This document shows, piece after piece, positions 43,146 to 57,024 of a DNA stretch of 64,000 bases. Below the pieces are notes generated by a model. The model saw only the letters and a list, made by a program, of their open reading frames with translations. It searched no databases and had not been told where the DNA came from. The stretch spans positions 7,688,001 to 7,752,000 of the forward strand of contig CM022678.1 in NCBI GenBank assembly GCA_012295275.1, read 5' to 3'. Positions within the stretch are counted from its first letter, which is position 1, and every line of letters starts with the position of its first letter. Source of the DNA: Chrysomallon squamiferum. Lineage: Eukaryota; Animalia; Mollusca. The translations under genes were made by a program, and so were the position numbers.

Positions 43146-44640
43146 GGCTGAAAATGTGCGCATATCTCCGCATCCGATTCACGCTTGGATTCACACAAAC
43201 ATAAAACATCCCAATCCATTTCGATTCTCGTGAAGTATTTCCAAAATTCTATTAAATTGAATAATCAACAAGTAAAACGTTACCGAATTAAAAATAAAAA
43301 TAGTCTGGCTATCTAGCATCAGTTCAAACTGGTTTGAAAAGCGTAGCATACATTCGAATCCGTGTATGTATGAAACATCTTTGTTTATCGAGACTGGTCT
43401 AGGCTGAACCCAATTTTATTTAGTATTTAAGAAGTTATTAATTTGTTTATTCTTATAAAAATTATTACAAAATTTGTAGAAATTAATTCCCCGAAACCAC
43501 CACCACCATCACAATACAAACAAAACAATTCCTCAGGGTTAAAAATTAAAGTTTAAATGAAACAGATATATGATTGTATTTTTTTTATTTCTTTTTTATT
43601 TAATTATTATTATTATTATTATTATTTTTTTTTTGACAACCAGGCCTTTTTCTGAGGAGAACGGATTGTGCTGTGTATGTACATAATTTATTTTGCTAGG
43701 CAAACTATGTATAGAGAACTCGAATGTCTCCGTCTATTCGGCCGAAATGATCCGAACGATACTGGGTCAGCGAGACTCATGGTTTTGTTTATCAAGACTA
43801 CAGATAACTGCATCCTTTTCCGGTCTAGAAAGTTAGTGTTTATAAACCGATGTTGGCAAATTAAGGTAAACCAAGTACAATTTATCGAACTACTAGCAAA
43901 CCTTTTATCTGAATGAAATATTTGAGATTAATACTGGCTCTTGTGTTATATCTTGTAGCAAAAAGGGACTATCCCATAACACTTTTACCATCCCAGTCGC
44001 CGAAACGGAACTTTGGTCGCAATTTATTCTGACTAAATAATTTATAATTTTTATATAAATAATTTATAATATTTTAGGTAACTTTTAAATAGCATTTTAT
44101 TTATTTATTTATTTTGTTTTGTTTCCAAATTATATAACTTTGAATTATATGAATTTTATAACTTTTATTTGTTTTGTTTTGTTTTTTATTTTTTGTTTTT
44201 ATATATTAAACTAGGGTTAAAAATGATAATTTTTTCTTCTTCTTTTTTTTCCAGTTAACTCATTTAATTGTTAGGGTTATCAATGATAAAATCTACATTT
44301 TTTTTGTTTTGTTTTTTTTGCAAAACTAATTTTATCAGTGATAAATTTTACATTTTTTTAGTTAACTAATTTTATTGATAAAGGTTATCAGGATAAACAA
44401 GCCCTCTTTTGTCCAGAAAAAAGGCCAAGTTCTCTCAGGCCTAGGATGACCACTTGACCATGTGTGTAGTGCAGAGTTCAGTGAAGAGCAATCACTTCTC
44501 CAGTCCTGGCAGTTAAACAAATTGTGTACAGACTCAAGACACTCAGATGTGCTCAACATGTTTGTAAACAGATGCTGGGTAGAAGTAATTCAGTTTACTA
44601 ATAGATTTTATAAGTTACTTAATGCCATCTGAATGTTTCA
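40826..44640. repeat. Segmental duplication, direct paralogue of about 53161-56370
   Basis: Colinear same-strand similarity of exons and introns, e.g. 42271-42356 vs 54784-54869, 43131-43480 vs 55610-55965, and 44392-44630 vs 56146-56365. Confidence 0.93.
43690..44025 (+). mobile_element. Internally deleted derivative of the DNA transposon starting at 23879
   Basis: 43850-43965 resembles 24780-24908 on the same strand. 43989-44021 is the rc of about 23914-23946. The segment is absent from the paralogous block at about 55970-56100. The left boundary is approximate. Confidence 0.65.
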
Positions 44641-45076
44641 ATATTGTTATATATAATTTTATTGTTTATTTGTAAATAATGATAATATGTATTATTATGA
44701 ACATGTATAAAAATAAATGTTTTAAAAAAGGGATGTGCAGATATTGTTTTCATACAAATTTAAATTTGTGTGTCAATTAATAATAATCATAATAATAATA
44801 ATCATAATAAAATTGAAAACAATAATAAGAAGAAAAAGATGAATAATAATGATGATGATAATAATCCATAATATTAAAAAATAAAATAAGAAAGATTTTC
44901 AAAAAGTGTAACAAGCAAATATTGTAATGTTAAAGTATTTACTGTTTTTGAAATTTACTTACTTTATTGTTTGTTTTAGGGCAAATGTAGCTGCATATCT
45001 CAGCATCAACAGTGTTCTGCCAACCTGGTTACTCACCAAAAGGCTTGTAGACAGAGACAGCAGGAAACTAGTTAAT
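44392..45076 (+). pseudogene. Two exon-like segments of an unidentified gene, divergent from the CAMSAP alternative first exon
   Basis: 44392-44578 reads INKPSFVQKKGQVLSGLG*PLDHVCSAEFSEEQSLLQSWQLNKLCTDSRHSDVLNMFVNRCW. About 44980-45076 reads RANVAAYLSINSVLPTWLLTKRLVDRDSRKLVN|GTAAGA. Confidence 0.5.
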
Positions 45077-45499
45077 GTAAGAGTTTTATGTTTGACTGTC
45101 ATGTTGTAAGTTAATACAGTTTAACTGCACCTTGTTACAAATCCTCAGAGTAATTAATCTTCAGTATTTGTTTTTTAAAAAACATTATATATTATACAAA
45201 TAATGCATTATAAGAAAAGTATAGACACTTTGTATGTTGATCTATATTTATGTAGGAATCAACTTGTTTATTTTATTTTTTATTAAACAATTCATATCTC
45301 TATATCTTTGTGACACATTAATACTGAATTTTTTAAAATATACAATAATATGAAAATAAATTATTATTTTATTTTTGTTTTTACATAATTATTGCTGTTA
45401 TTACTGTTGAAATGTTTTCGGCAACTGTTCCCATTTATTCAGATGAATTAGTTGTTTTCCTCAGTTTCAAAAATGACGGCAAAAGTCTTGTTAATTTTA

Positions 45500-45635
45500 A
45501 TAGTTACTAATTTGTTCTTTACTGAAAATCATTATTTTTGTTTTATTTGTATTAACTTTAAATGTCCATATTGGCAGTAATTGGCAAAAATTGTTGAGCT
45601 TCAGGTGATTCTGCTAATAGTATTGTATCGTCAGG
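45500..45635 (-). mobile_element. LINE reverse transcriptase fragment
   Basis: (A)DDTILLAESPE...FKVNTNKTKIMIFSK, the region following the YADD motif. Confidence 0.7.
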
Positions 45636-47059
45636 GTGTCTTCCCATCTGGTAGAATTCCCAGTTCTTCTAATCCCCATTTCGTAGAAAAAACTCGTCTA
45701 CTGCAATACCCGATTATACTCTGTATATAAAGAACTTGGCCTGTACATACATCTGGTTTCTTTCTAACATTCAGAGGCGGAGCGCATTGTTCCTAAATTG
45801 ATTATGTAACATCAACCGAAAGCAGAATAAGAGTTCACTACTCAGTTGTTGTAGATTTTTTACTTTTTCATTATTTCATCATCTTCCTCCTTCTCATTAT
45901 CATCATCATAATCATCATCATAAACATTATTATTATAATATTATTAGTATTATTATTGTTGTTATTATTATTATTATTATTATTATTGTTGTTATTATTA
46001 GTATTCATATTCATCTTATTCTTATTCATATTATTGTTGTTGTTGTTTAAGCTGGTCATTTCTAATTCATGAACATTTTCTTTTTTTACAAAACAACAGA
46101 CCAATAATAAACAATTTTACATCAATTTCCTCTATATATTAACAAAAAATAATAAATGAAAATAAAAGAAATGAAAAAAGCGGCACGATGGTTTTTTTTT
46201 AATTCTCATGGCTTTTTTCTGTAAAAGAAAAGGACAAAAATATTATAAATAACTAATTTTATTCAGCAATATAATTTATATTCAGTAAATAGAATATGTG
46301 AAAGTTACATTTATCATTAACTGTTCGAATTAAACGATATTCAGGATATATGTTACAGAGCATATTTATGTTATGCACACAAACCTGTTCACATTGTGCA
46401 CATATTATACAATATATGTATATTAATAGTATGTACACTAATGATATTATGACCTGCAAATACTTTGGCTATGACTGAAAAAGTTTATATGAATGACCAA
46501 ATGATTGGGAATACATTTAGATGTCTACCTTCTTTTTTCATTATTTACATTCACTACATTCGACACATAGATTATTTCGATATTTGTCATATTTGCATAC
46601 TTTATACGATAAATGATATCCATTCTACAATAATACCTCAGATTAAAGATGTAATTGGTTCCAAATTTCCGATAGTTAAATGAGGTATCGTTAAGCGGGA
46701 GACTAATTTACACAGAATTAAGGTTAAAAGCAGTGGTTACTTTCTCGCTGATGAAATTTAACATGAAAAAAAAGGTGAAGTAAGGAGAAATAAAACAACA
46801 GTTTAGACATAAATGATTTAATAGATTATAGATACTAACTAAACAGTAAATCGTTTACAAATCAGTTTATACAAATACATTAATAAATAATTATAAGCTG
46901 CTCATTGTGGGTTAATATTTGTGGGTTTGGTTTCATTTAAGATAATCATAATGTATTTTGTTTCTAAAGTTATTGTCTTCCATTTCCTTTTATCATCAGC
47001 ATTAACCGGTATACTGTTATTCGTTTTGATATATTGGAAGGATAAATTACAAACGAATT

Positions 47060-49540
47060 TAAGTCTAAATCGTCTTTATTTTTATACATTGGTTTGATGA
47101 GTCCCACTAACAAATCGGATGGTATAATTGCTGAGTCAAGAATAACATTAAACAATAGTACATATAAATGTAACATGACATTAGCAGTATGCTTAATACA
47201 TTCATTAATAATAAAATCTTCTCCAGCTGCTCGATTACAATGGAGTCTGTTCACTGCTGTAGATATTTCTTCAGCTGAAAAAGGCTTCTTCAAAATGTCA
47301 TTAGTAGTCTTGGCTTTGAATGTGTATTTCTTCTATTGGAGTTACATGATCAGGCAAATTTTCATCAACACTGTTGTTAAGAGTTAATGAAATAAAGAAG
47401 CAATTGACAGATCCACTTTTGACTGTCTGTTTATTTCTGTTCAGAATTGACCAAAACTGAAGTTGGGTTTTGAAGTTTTTAGTATTTTCATTTCTTGTTT
47501 AATAGATGTTCTATATTCCCTAACAGCTCTGTTTAGTGTTTGTTTGTACTGACTCTCTTCATACTTCAAGTCAGCTGTCAGTATGCTTCCATCATATTGT
47601 TTATATCTTCTTCTGGCTTTCCTGATCTCCATTCCTGCAGCTTATTATAAGGACTTTTCTTTATTGTATTATTAGGTGGGATTCTTCTCAAATGTGTCTT
47701 TTGCATTTATATCAGAAACTATATTAGTTATGAATTCAGAATCAACATCTGTTGACTTGCAATTTTGTAATTTTTGGGATATTTCTTTTAACAAATCCTT
47801 CTACTTTTGAAAATTATTGCAAAATGTTTGCACTATTCCCTGGGACTTCCTTAGTGCTTGATGAAGTGTCAATTACAGTATTCTTAGGATTTATTTGGAT
47901 ACATAAAGGCCCATGGACATCTGATAACAAAGAAGAAAATGGCAGTACAGCAAAGTTTTCTGTTAGGGACAAGAATTTAACATTTGCAATGCAGTAATCT
48001 ACGTCACTAGCATCTTTACAAGTGTGTCACCCCACATATGTATCTTCACCTACTGTCCCATTCATAATAAACATGTTATTATATCTACAGAAATCAAGGA
48101 GAATAGAACCATAGTTATTTTTCTTTTTATCCTTTGATACTCATTGTTTTAATATATTTAACATCTCAAGTTCAAATATATCATCTGCAATTAAATCACT
48201 ATATTCTTTTTCTTCAGCTATAATAAAATAATTATCATCACCTGCTCTACTGTTGAAGTCACCAGTAAGACAGATCATGTTATATTTATTAACAAATGAC
48301 AAATATTAATTTTTGAGCTGGTCAAAAGTATGAGATGATGAATAGTATGAATTTTCTGGTGGAATATATACAATGCAAATTAAAATTTTATCTTCTGTGT
48401 GTAACCCCCCCCTTCTATGCCAAACCACTTAACATATTTACTGTGAGATTCGATAATATTTATATGTTTTAGTAGATAATATTTTATATATACACCTATA
48501 CCCAAAGATTTACAATGAAATAAAGAAATTCTGTTTTTAGCATATACTTTACAGCCAAGAATATTAATGATATCAGCATCATCTGTTTCTGATTCAACTA
48601 AACATAATTAGTGATGGTTTCAAGAAATATAGTATCTGAGCCTACCAAACCACACACATTAATCTCTGTTGTTTCTAAAACATAAAGGATTATTTCTTTA
48701 TGACTTTTGTTTAGGGTATTTTTACAAATGAGAGAGTTTCCTGACATTTTCTCAACACTGTTTTCACTTGGTGAGACTCTTCCTCCATTGTCCTGACTGA
48801 ACTGGCTTCTCTCATAGTTTGGCTTGTGATCTCTGTTGTTTTGTTTCTGTGGGCCAAGTTGTTATGTTTGTGTTACTGGCTTCTGTCCCATCCTCTTATA
48901 GTGTAAACAGCCTGCCCTCCATGTACAATATTTTTTTCCCTTGCTTTTTTGCAGATTTTGTAATGTGGCTATAGTAATTTTCTCCTGTCATTAATTTCTT
49001 TCTGGAATTGTTCATTAACCCCATATTGCATGTTTATTAGTGGTTTGGGTGCAGAAATCTCTGAAATCTTTTAACTTTCAAACTGTTCGTTAATGTAATT
49101 CATACCCGTTTCAATATCTAGCACTTGTTTCTTCATATCCATCATTTTACCACTAATGTCTTATTCAGCTATATCCATACTATTCATTGGTTTCTCAATC
49201 ATGTCCAATTTTTTGAATTCATCACACATCATATCTAATTTTCTAGTCAAAGTATCTGATTTTATACTGACATATTCACTGTGCACAACTGGTGAAGTTA
49301 AACAGAATACTGACCATGAGATCCATAGTGCTGTCCATGTTGTCCATACTGAGACTGCTGAGACTGTTGAATTGGTGTTGACTGATAAAATGGTGCAGAT
49401 GAACATCCAAGCTCACTGTTTGTGTATTTGACATCCTCCGTATGCAACTTCTTGACCAGTTTAGCTACTTCTTACCCTTATTTTCTGTTCTCTTCTTCAC
49501 TTACATTTTTACTCTTATTTTTGCTCTTTTTACTTTTTTA
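47060..49540 (-). mobile_element. RTEX/CR1-like LINE 5' half (ORF1, endonuclease, start of RT), degraded
   Basis: ORF1-like coiled coil (RKLDMMCDEFKKLDMIEK) and GVNEQFQKEINDRRK. EN motifs ICIVYIPPENS, CLTGDFNSRAG, NNYGSILLDFC, VDYCIA and LLSDVH. RT start PFSAEEISTAVNRLHCNRAAGEDFIINECIK...LFNVILDSAIIPSD..VGLIKPMYKNK. Confidence 0.85.
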
Positions 49541-49566
49541 TTTTCATGTTGCATATTCATGTATCT

Positions 49567-50760
49567 TCAGCCATAATTTACACTTAAAAAACAGATAAAA
49601 TAACATTTAAAACCAATAAACATTTTATATATTTTCACAGAGATATGAGAAACACAACTTTTATTTCCATGCATGTGCAAAGCTGAATTCTTTTGTTTAT
49701 CTGTTATGTGAGTATCAGCACCATTTTCCAGTAACAAAAGCAAATCATTTCTCCGAGTCTTTGCTTTCATAGATTCATGAAGTGCAGTTTTTCCCTCACT
49801 GTTTACTGCATTAACATCAGACTTTCTCTTTATCAGTGATTTTAACATATATAGAACTGAAATGTGGAGAGGTGAGTCTGAAGTCAACAGTTTGAAGCTA
49901 AGTTTATCTTGAAGAAACAATTTCAATGTAATTTTATAATCAAACAACTGTCTAGTTTTGTCAACAGAGAACTTTCAATCAAGTTTTGTCAACAGACAAC
50001 TGTTTGTCGAGTTTTGTCAACAGACAACTGTTTCAAGTTTTGTCAACAGACAACTGTTTCAGTTTAATTCTGTCATCAGGTAACTGTTTCAGTCTAATTT
50101 TATTTTTATCACACAGCAGTTTTAATATAGTTTGCTCTTGAAACAACTCAGTCAATTTCTGGTTAGTACCTATATTTACATTAGAATGGAACAACATCTG
50201 CACTGTTAAACATCACTTTCAGTACTTCACTTTTCTTCCCGTTGTTCTCATCTTTATCATTACATCTCTGCTCAGTGAGAAAATTCACTGTATCAGTTCT
50301 CATAATTTAAACCATCAGCTTCAGTTGTGCTATTTCTTTGAATATTTTACCAGCAGCAATGATAACAATTTCTTTCTTTTTGTTTATTATATCAGTGGTA
50401 ACCAGTTTCTGATATAGATAGCTTACATCAACAACTCTGAAAGTGTTTGAGTTCTCAAAATGCATGTTTCTTGATTCAAGTCTTACCTGTCTACGGAACC
50501 TAACCAATGTTTATCATGTCAGCCAACAGACAGGCAATGTTCATGTTACCTGAACAAGTAGAAATACATAAGTCTGAACACAGTGTCAGTTGTATCTCCT
50601 TTTTATACTGTAACAGTTCTTAGAATATTGTAGCACTGTCTGTTTTTGAACATGCAGCTGCACAGAATGTATCAAATGCTGGAATAACACCTGATTTTAG
50701 CAACATTCTCACAATAGCTTCTTCACCAAACAAACAAGAAATATCTAAATGTTCTTTTTT
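49567..50760 (-). pseudogene. Ankyrin-repeat protein gene relic
   Basis: DSPLHISV...KSDVNAVNSEGKTALHESM...LLLENGADTHITDKQKNSALH (49567-49947) and LDISCLFGEEAIVRMLLKSG (about 50690-50750). Broken by stops and a minisatellite. Confidence 0.75.
49943..50100. repeat. ~28-bp imperfect tandem repeat
   Basis: AGTTTTGTCAACAGACAACTGTTT, about 5 copies. Confidence 0.8.
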
Positions 50761-51204
50761 CATATATGTTAATTTCATTTTACACAGATTTGATGTGACA
50801 AATCTTGACTATGTTCTTAGTCCATTCACAGTACACTAACTTTCAACAGAGGAGGAATTTTTTGATCAACTTTCAAATACAGTGTGTAACTAGAGTGAAA
50901 TTTTGAATCATTGTCAAGAAGACATGAAATATTGCTGAATATTTCATTAGAAGTGCTTAACATTTAATAAGAAGTTCTTACTTTTCTATTTTTGGAATAA
51001 ATATGTATAAACATGTATAATATTTTACAACATGTATAATATTTTACAAGACTGTTATATCTGTTAAATAAATATTGTACATTTATTCTTCTCTATTGTG
51101 TCTGCTTGTGTAAACACACTTTGAGAATTTGTAGACTTCAGTGTTTTCATATAGTTTTACACAGACACACTGGACAAATGTCTGAAGATGTTGCGAGATA
51201 CAGC

Positions 51205-51342
51205 AAAGACTCTGAGTATTTCAAAGTCCACACTGCAACACTGTGTGACAAAGACTCTGAGTATTTCAAAGTCCACACTGCAACACTGTGTGACAAAGAC
51301 TCTGAGTATTTCAAAGTCCACACTGCAGCACTGTGTGACAAG
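51205..51342. repeat. 45-bp tandem repeat x3
   Basis: AAAGACTCTGAGTATTTCAAAGTCCACACTGCAACACTGTGTGAC. Confidence 0.95.
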
Positions 51343-51754
51343 GACGAAACATCTCAACGTGACCTCCAAGCCAAAGAACAAGAATAATCTGGTTTTTGAT
51401 GCAGCTACCTAAGTGTGGACAGTGTCAGAAATGTCACACAAAACAATGAAATGTCACACACAACAATGAAATGTACACAGTGATATAACACATTTAGCTA
51501 TTCTGGTGGAAATCACTACAAAAACTCTGACCATTGCTGATCCCTGGCAAAAACTGCAAAGGATCACACAAAATACATGAAATAAATAAATAAATAAATA
51601 AATAGCCTACAGCTTCATTATCACATCTTCATTATGAATGTTTTTATGTGTCTTATTTATCCAGTTCAATTCATCTTAAGTGCTAAAGTTTCTTATTTCC
51701 TGTAAAATGTAATTGTCTAACAACAATAAATAATATTACTCAAAAAGAACTTAC

Positions 51755-51936
51755 CTTTTTTTCCACTACTGATGTTGCATGCTTTCTTCTCAAAACATCT
51801 AGGAACTGTAGGAACTGCTGACAAAAGTATTCTGACTGGAATCTGTTTCTATGGTTTCTGTTAGTATTACTGCTGACATTCTCAACATGAGATAAAATGT
51901 CAGACTCTTTCAAGCTGATAATCACACAGGCAGTGT
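51755..51936 (-). other. Orphan open exon upstream of the ankyrin relic
   Basis: TTACAG| (D)TACVIISLKESDILSHVENV...FQSEYFCQQFLQFLDVLRRKHATSVVEKK |GTAAGT, 182 bp, no stop. Confidence 0.45.
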
Positions 51937-52159
51937 CTGTAAGTAAGAGAGTTTCTAAATAAAAATAATAAAATTACTGATATGGAATTAATTGCGTTGT
52001 TTTTATTATATATTAAGTAAAGTGAGAGAAAATGGCAGGCTACCCAGGTAAAACACAATTAATGAGAACCGGGACATCGACAGGTCCTCACTGGTACATT
52101 TCAGCTTGCCCTGCTAAGTAGACACAGTTTTAAGATCATTTACACAAGTTGTCACAACC

Positions 52160-53160
52160 AATTCATAAGCATATTCTAATATATCTTCCATTTCTCTAGT
52201 TAATCCATTTACTCTTTTTAGTTTTTTAATAGAATTTGATTCCTGTTTTGATTTTTCTAAACTAAGAAAAATATTACATATTTCTATCCATATCTAAATT
52301 CCATTGAGCTTTAGATCTTAAAATAGCACCATTACACTTAATCTCTAAATTAATTTTAACTTTTCTTCTTTGTATGTTACTCAAATCATGATGCTTATTT
52401 ACAACTGGTTTAGGATATTCTCATTTTATAGCATTTTGTATATTATAATATTTTTCATTGTCTAATTGTCTCTTATTTAGTGCAAAATGTTTTATATTTT
52501 AAGTTATTCCACCAAACAATAGGTTCAGTCTGTAACAAAGGATATTCACAAGCATTATTAATTACTTCAACAAGAGCTTTACAAAAAAGTTCATCTTTCA
52601 ACAATTCATTATTAAAAATCCAAATATGTTCATCTCTCTCTACATGAGAAAAATCTATTTTAAGTGATAAAAAATTGTAATCACTAATTGAAGTATAGGA
52701 TATATATGCAATACTTATAAACTGTAATAAATTTTGAGAAATTAAAAATAAATCAATTTTTGACTGTTTTATATTTTTTTCAACATTTTGAGATCTAGTA
52801 AATTATTTTTTATCTGGATTTCAACCAAATATCAACTAAATTATAATTATAAATAACTGACTGTAATGCATCACTACTTATCACTCTGAAAGTTTTATTA
52901 TTAATGCCTAAATCTAAATTAGGATCTAAAATTACATTAAAATCTCCTGTCATTAACATATTTTTAAAATCCACAAATTTACATAATCATTTAAAAATAA
53001 AAGATTTTCTGCAATATTATTTGGTGCATATACACTTATAAAACTATGTTCATCACCATCTATTTTAGTATTAATTTTTAAAATCCTGCCTTCAGTGTTG
53101 CAACTATTAAAGGTAAACTTCTAAAGACATTCTTTTGATATCAGTATTGCTACACCCCTC
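52160..53160 (-). mobile_element. L1/Tx1 LINE ORF2 fragment, duplicate of 1464-2466
   Basis: Near-identical rc of the copy-A LINE with the same junction (GTGTTTATACTG|GAG). Confidence 0.88.
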
Positions 53161-53191
53161 CAGTATAAACACTAAAACTGAATATGAATAT

Positions 53192-55624
<2,433 letters not shown>

Positions 55625-56145
55625 GCCTAAAAATCTGCGGATAATCCGCATCCGATTCACGCTTGTATTCGCACAAACATAAAACATCCCAATCCATTTG
55701 GATTCTCGTGAAATATTTCCAAAATTCTATTAAATTGAATAATCAACAAGTAAAACGTTACCCAATCAAAAATAAAAATAAACTGGCTGACAAACATTAG
55801 TTCATACAGGTTTGAAAAGCGTAGCATACATTCGAATCCGTTTATGTTCGAAACATCGTGGTTTATCGAGACTGGTCTGGCCTTAACCTAATTTTAGTTA
55901 GTATTTAAGAAGTAATTAATTTGTTTATTCTCACAAAAATTATTATAAAATTTGTAGAAATTTATTCTGGTTTCAGACCAACATGTGATTTTTAAATATT
56001 TGTTTTAATTTTTTTTTTTTTTTTTTTTTTTTCGAAATGATATGTGATAAATTTTATAATTTCTGTTTTGTTTTTTTTTTTTTTTTTTTAACTACAATTT
56101 ATTTATTTGGCTTGTCAATGATAAATGTAATTTTTCTCTCTACAG

Positions 56146-56315
56146 GATAAACAAGCCTTCTGCTGACCAGAAAAAAGACCAAGGTTGACCACTTGACCAT
56201 GTGTGTAGTGCAGCTTTCAGTGAAGAACATGACTTCTCCAAACCTGGCAGTTAAGAGAAACTTGTACAGACTCAGACACTCAGATGTGCTCAACATCTTT
56301 GTAAACAGATGCTGG
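56146..56315 (+). pseudogene. Duplicate of unidentified exon 44392-44578, more decayed
   Basis: CTACAG|GATAAACAAGCC...CTTGACCATGTGTGTAGTGCAG...GTAAACAGATGCTGG|GT with deletions. Confidence 0.55.
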
Positions 56316-56940
56316 GTATAATGGACAAATAATTCAGTTTTGATAAATTACTTAATGCCACCTGAGAATGTTTTAAAATTATATTATGTTAATTTTGTTA
56401 CTATTAATTAGGTATGTTTTAGTGAACAATGAGTTAACAGTGAAAGGACAGTGATTTATATCTATCATTAATTAATTCTATAATTATTGTTTGTTTATAT
56501 TTATTTTTAAAATGATAAAAAAAAGTCATTATCATTTTTGAACTGATGCTGTTTTAAATGTTGTTTATATTAATATTAAATTGAGGTAAACAAAAAACTG
56601 ATTAAAAAAATGAAGAAAAAAGAAACAAGTCAAAAATATTTTTAAAATAATAAATTACTTTTGTTTCAGACTGAGAATGTAGAAGTCAGGGTTTGACATG
56701 GGAACAGATTTCTCATAAAGCTGAAGGCAGTTTATGTCACTATGGTTACTACTTGAAAAAAGTATGAGAAAGGTTAGTATTGTTTTTCTTTGAACTGTTG
56801 TGTACCTATCAAAGCAAAAAGTGCAAGGGCTGCCTGTCTTGTCTCAGATGAAAAAGTCTTTGGTTTCACAAATATTCAAATAAATGCAGAAAAGAAAATG
56901 AAAGTTTGAACAATTTTTTAAGTCATTTGAAATTTTATTA

Positions 56941-56973
<33 letters not shown>

Positions 56974-56978
56974 TGAAA

Positions 56979-57020
<42 letters not shown>

Positions 57021-57024
57021 GTAG

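Noticed and set aside
43136-43220. Longer first-exon ORF MDWDVLCLCESKRES...
   Set aside because: The frame differs between copies B and C by an indel, and neither splices in phase to LSRKGIY. The downstream ATG fits better.
51106-51412. Repeat protein (KDSEYFKVHTATLCD)x3
   Set aside because: A 45-bp tandem repeat open in several frames on both strands, with no recognisable domain or splice context.
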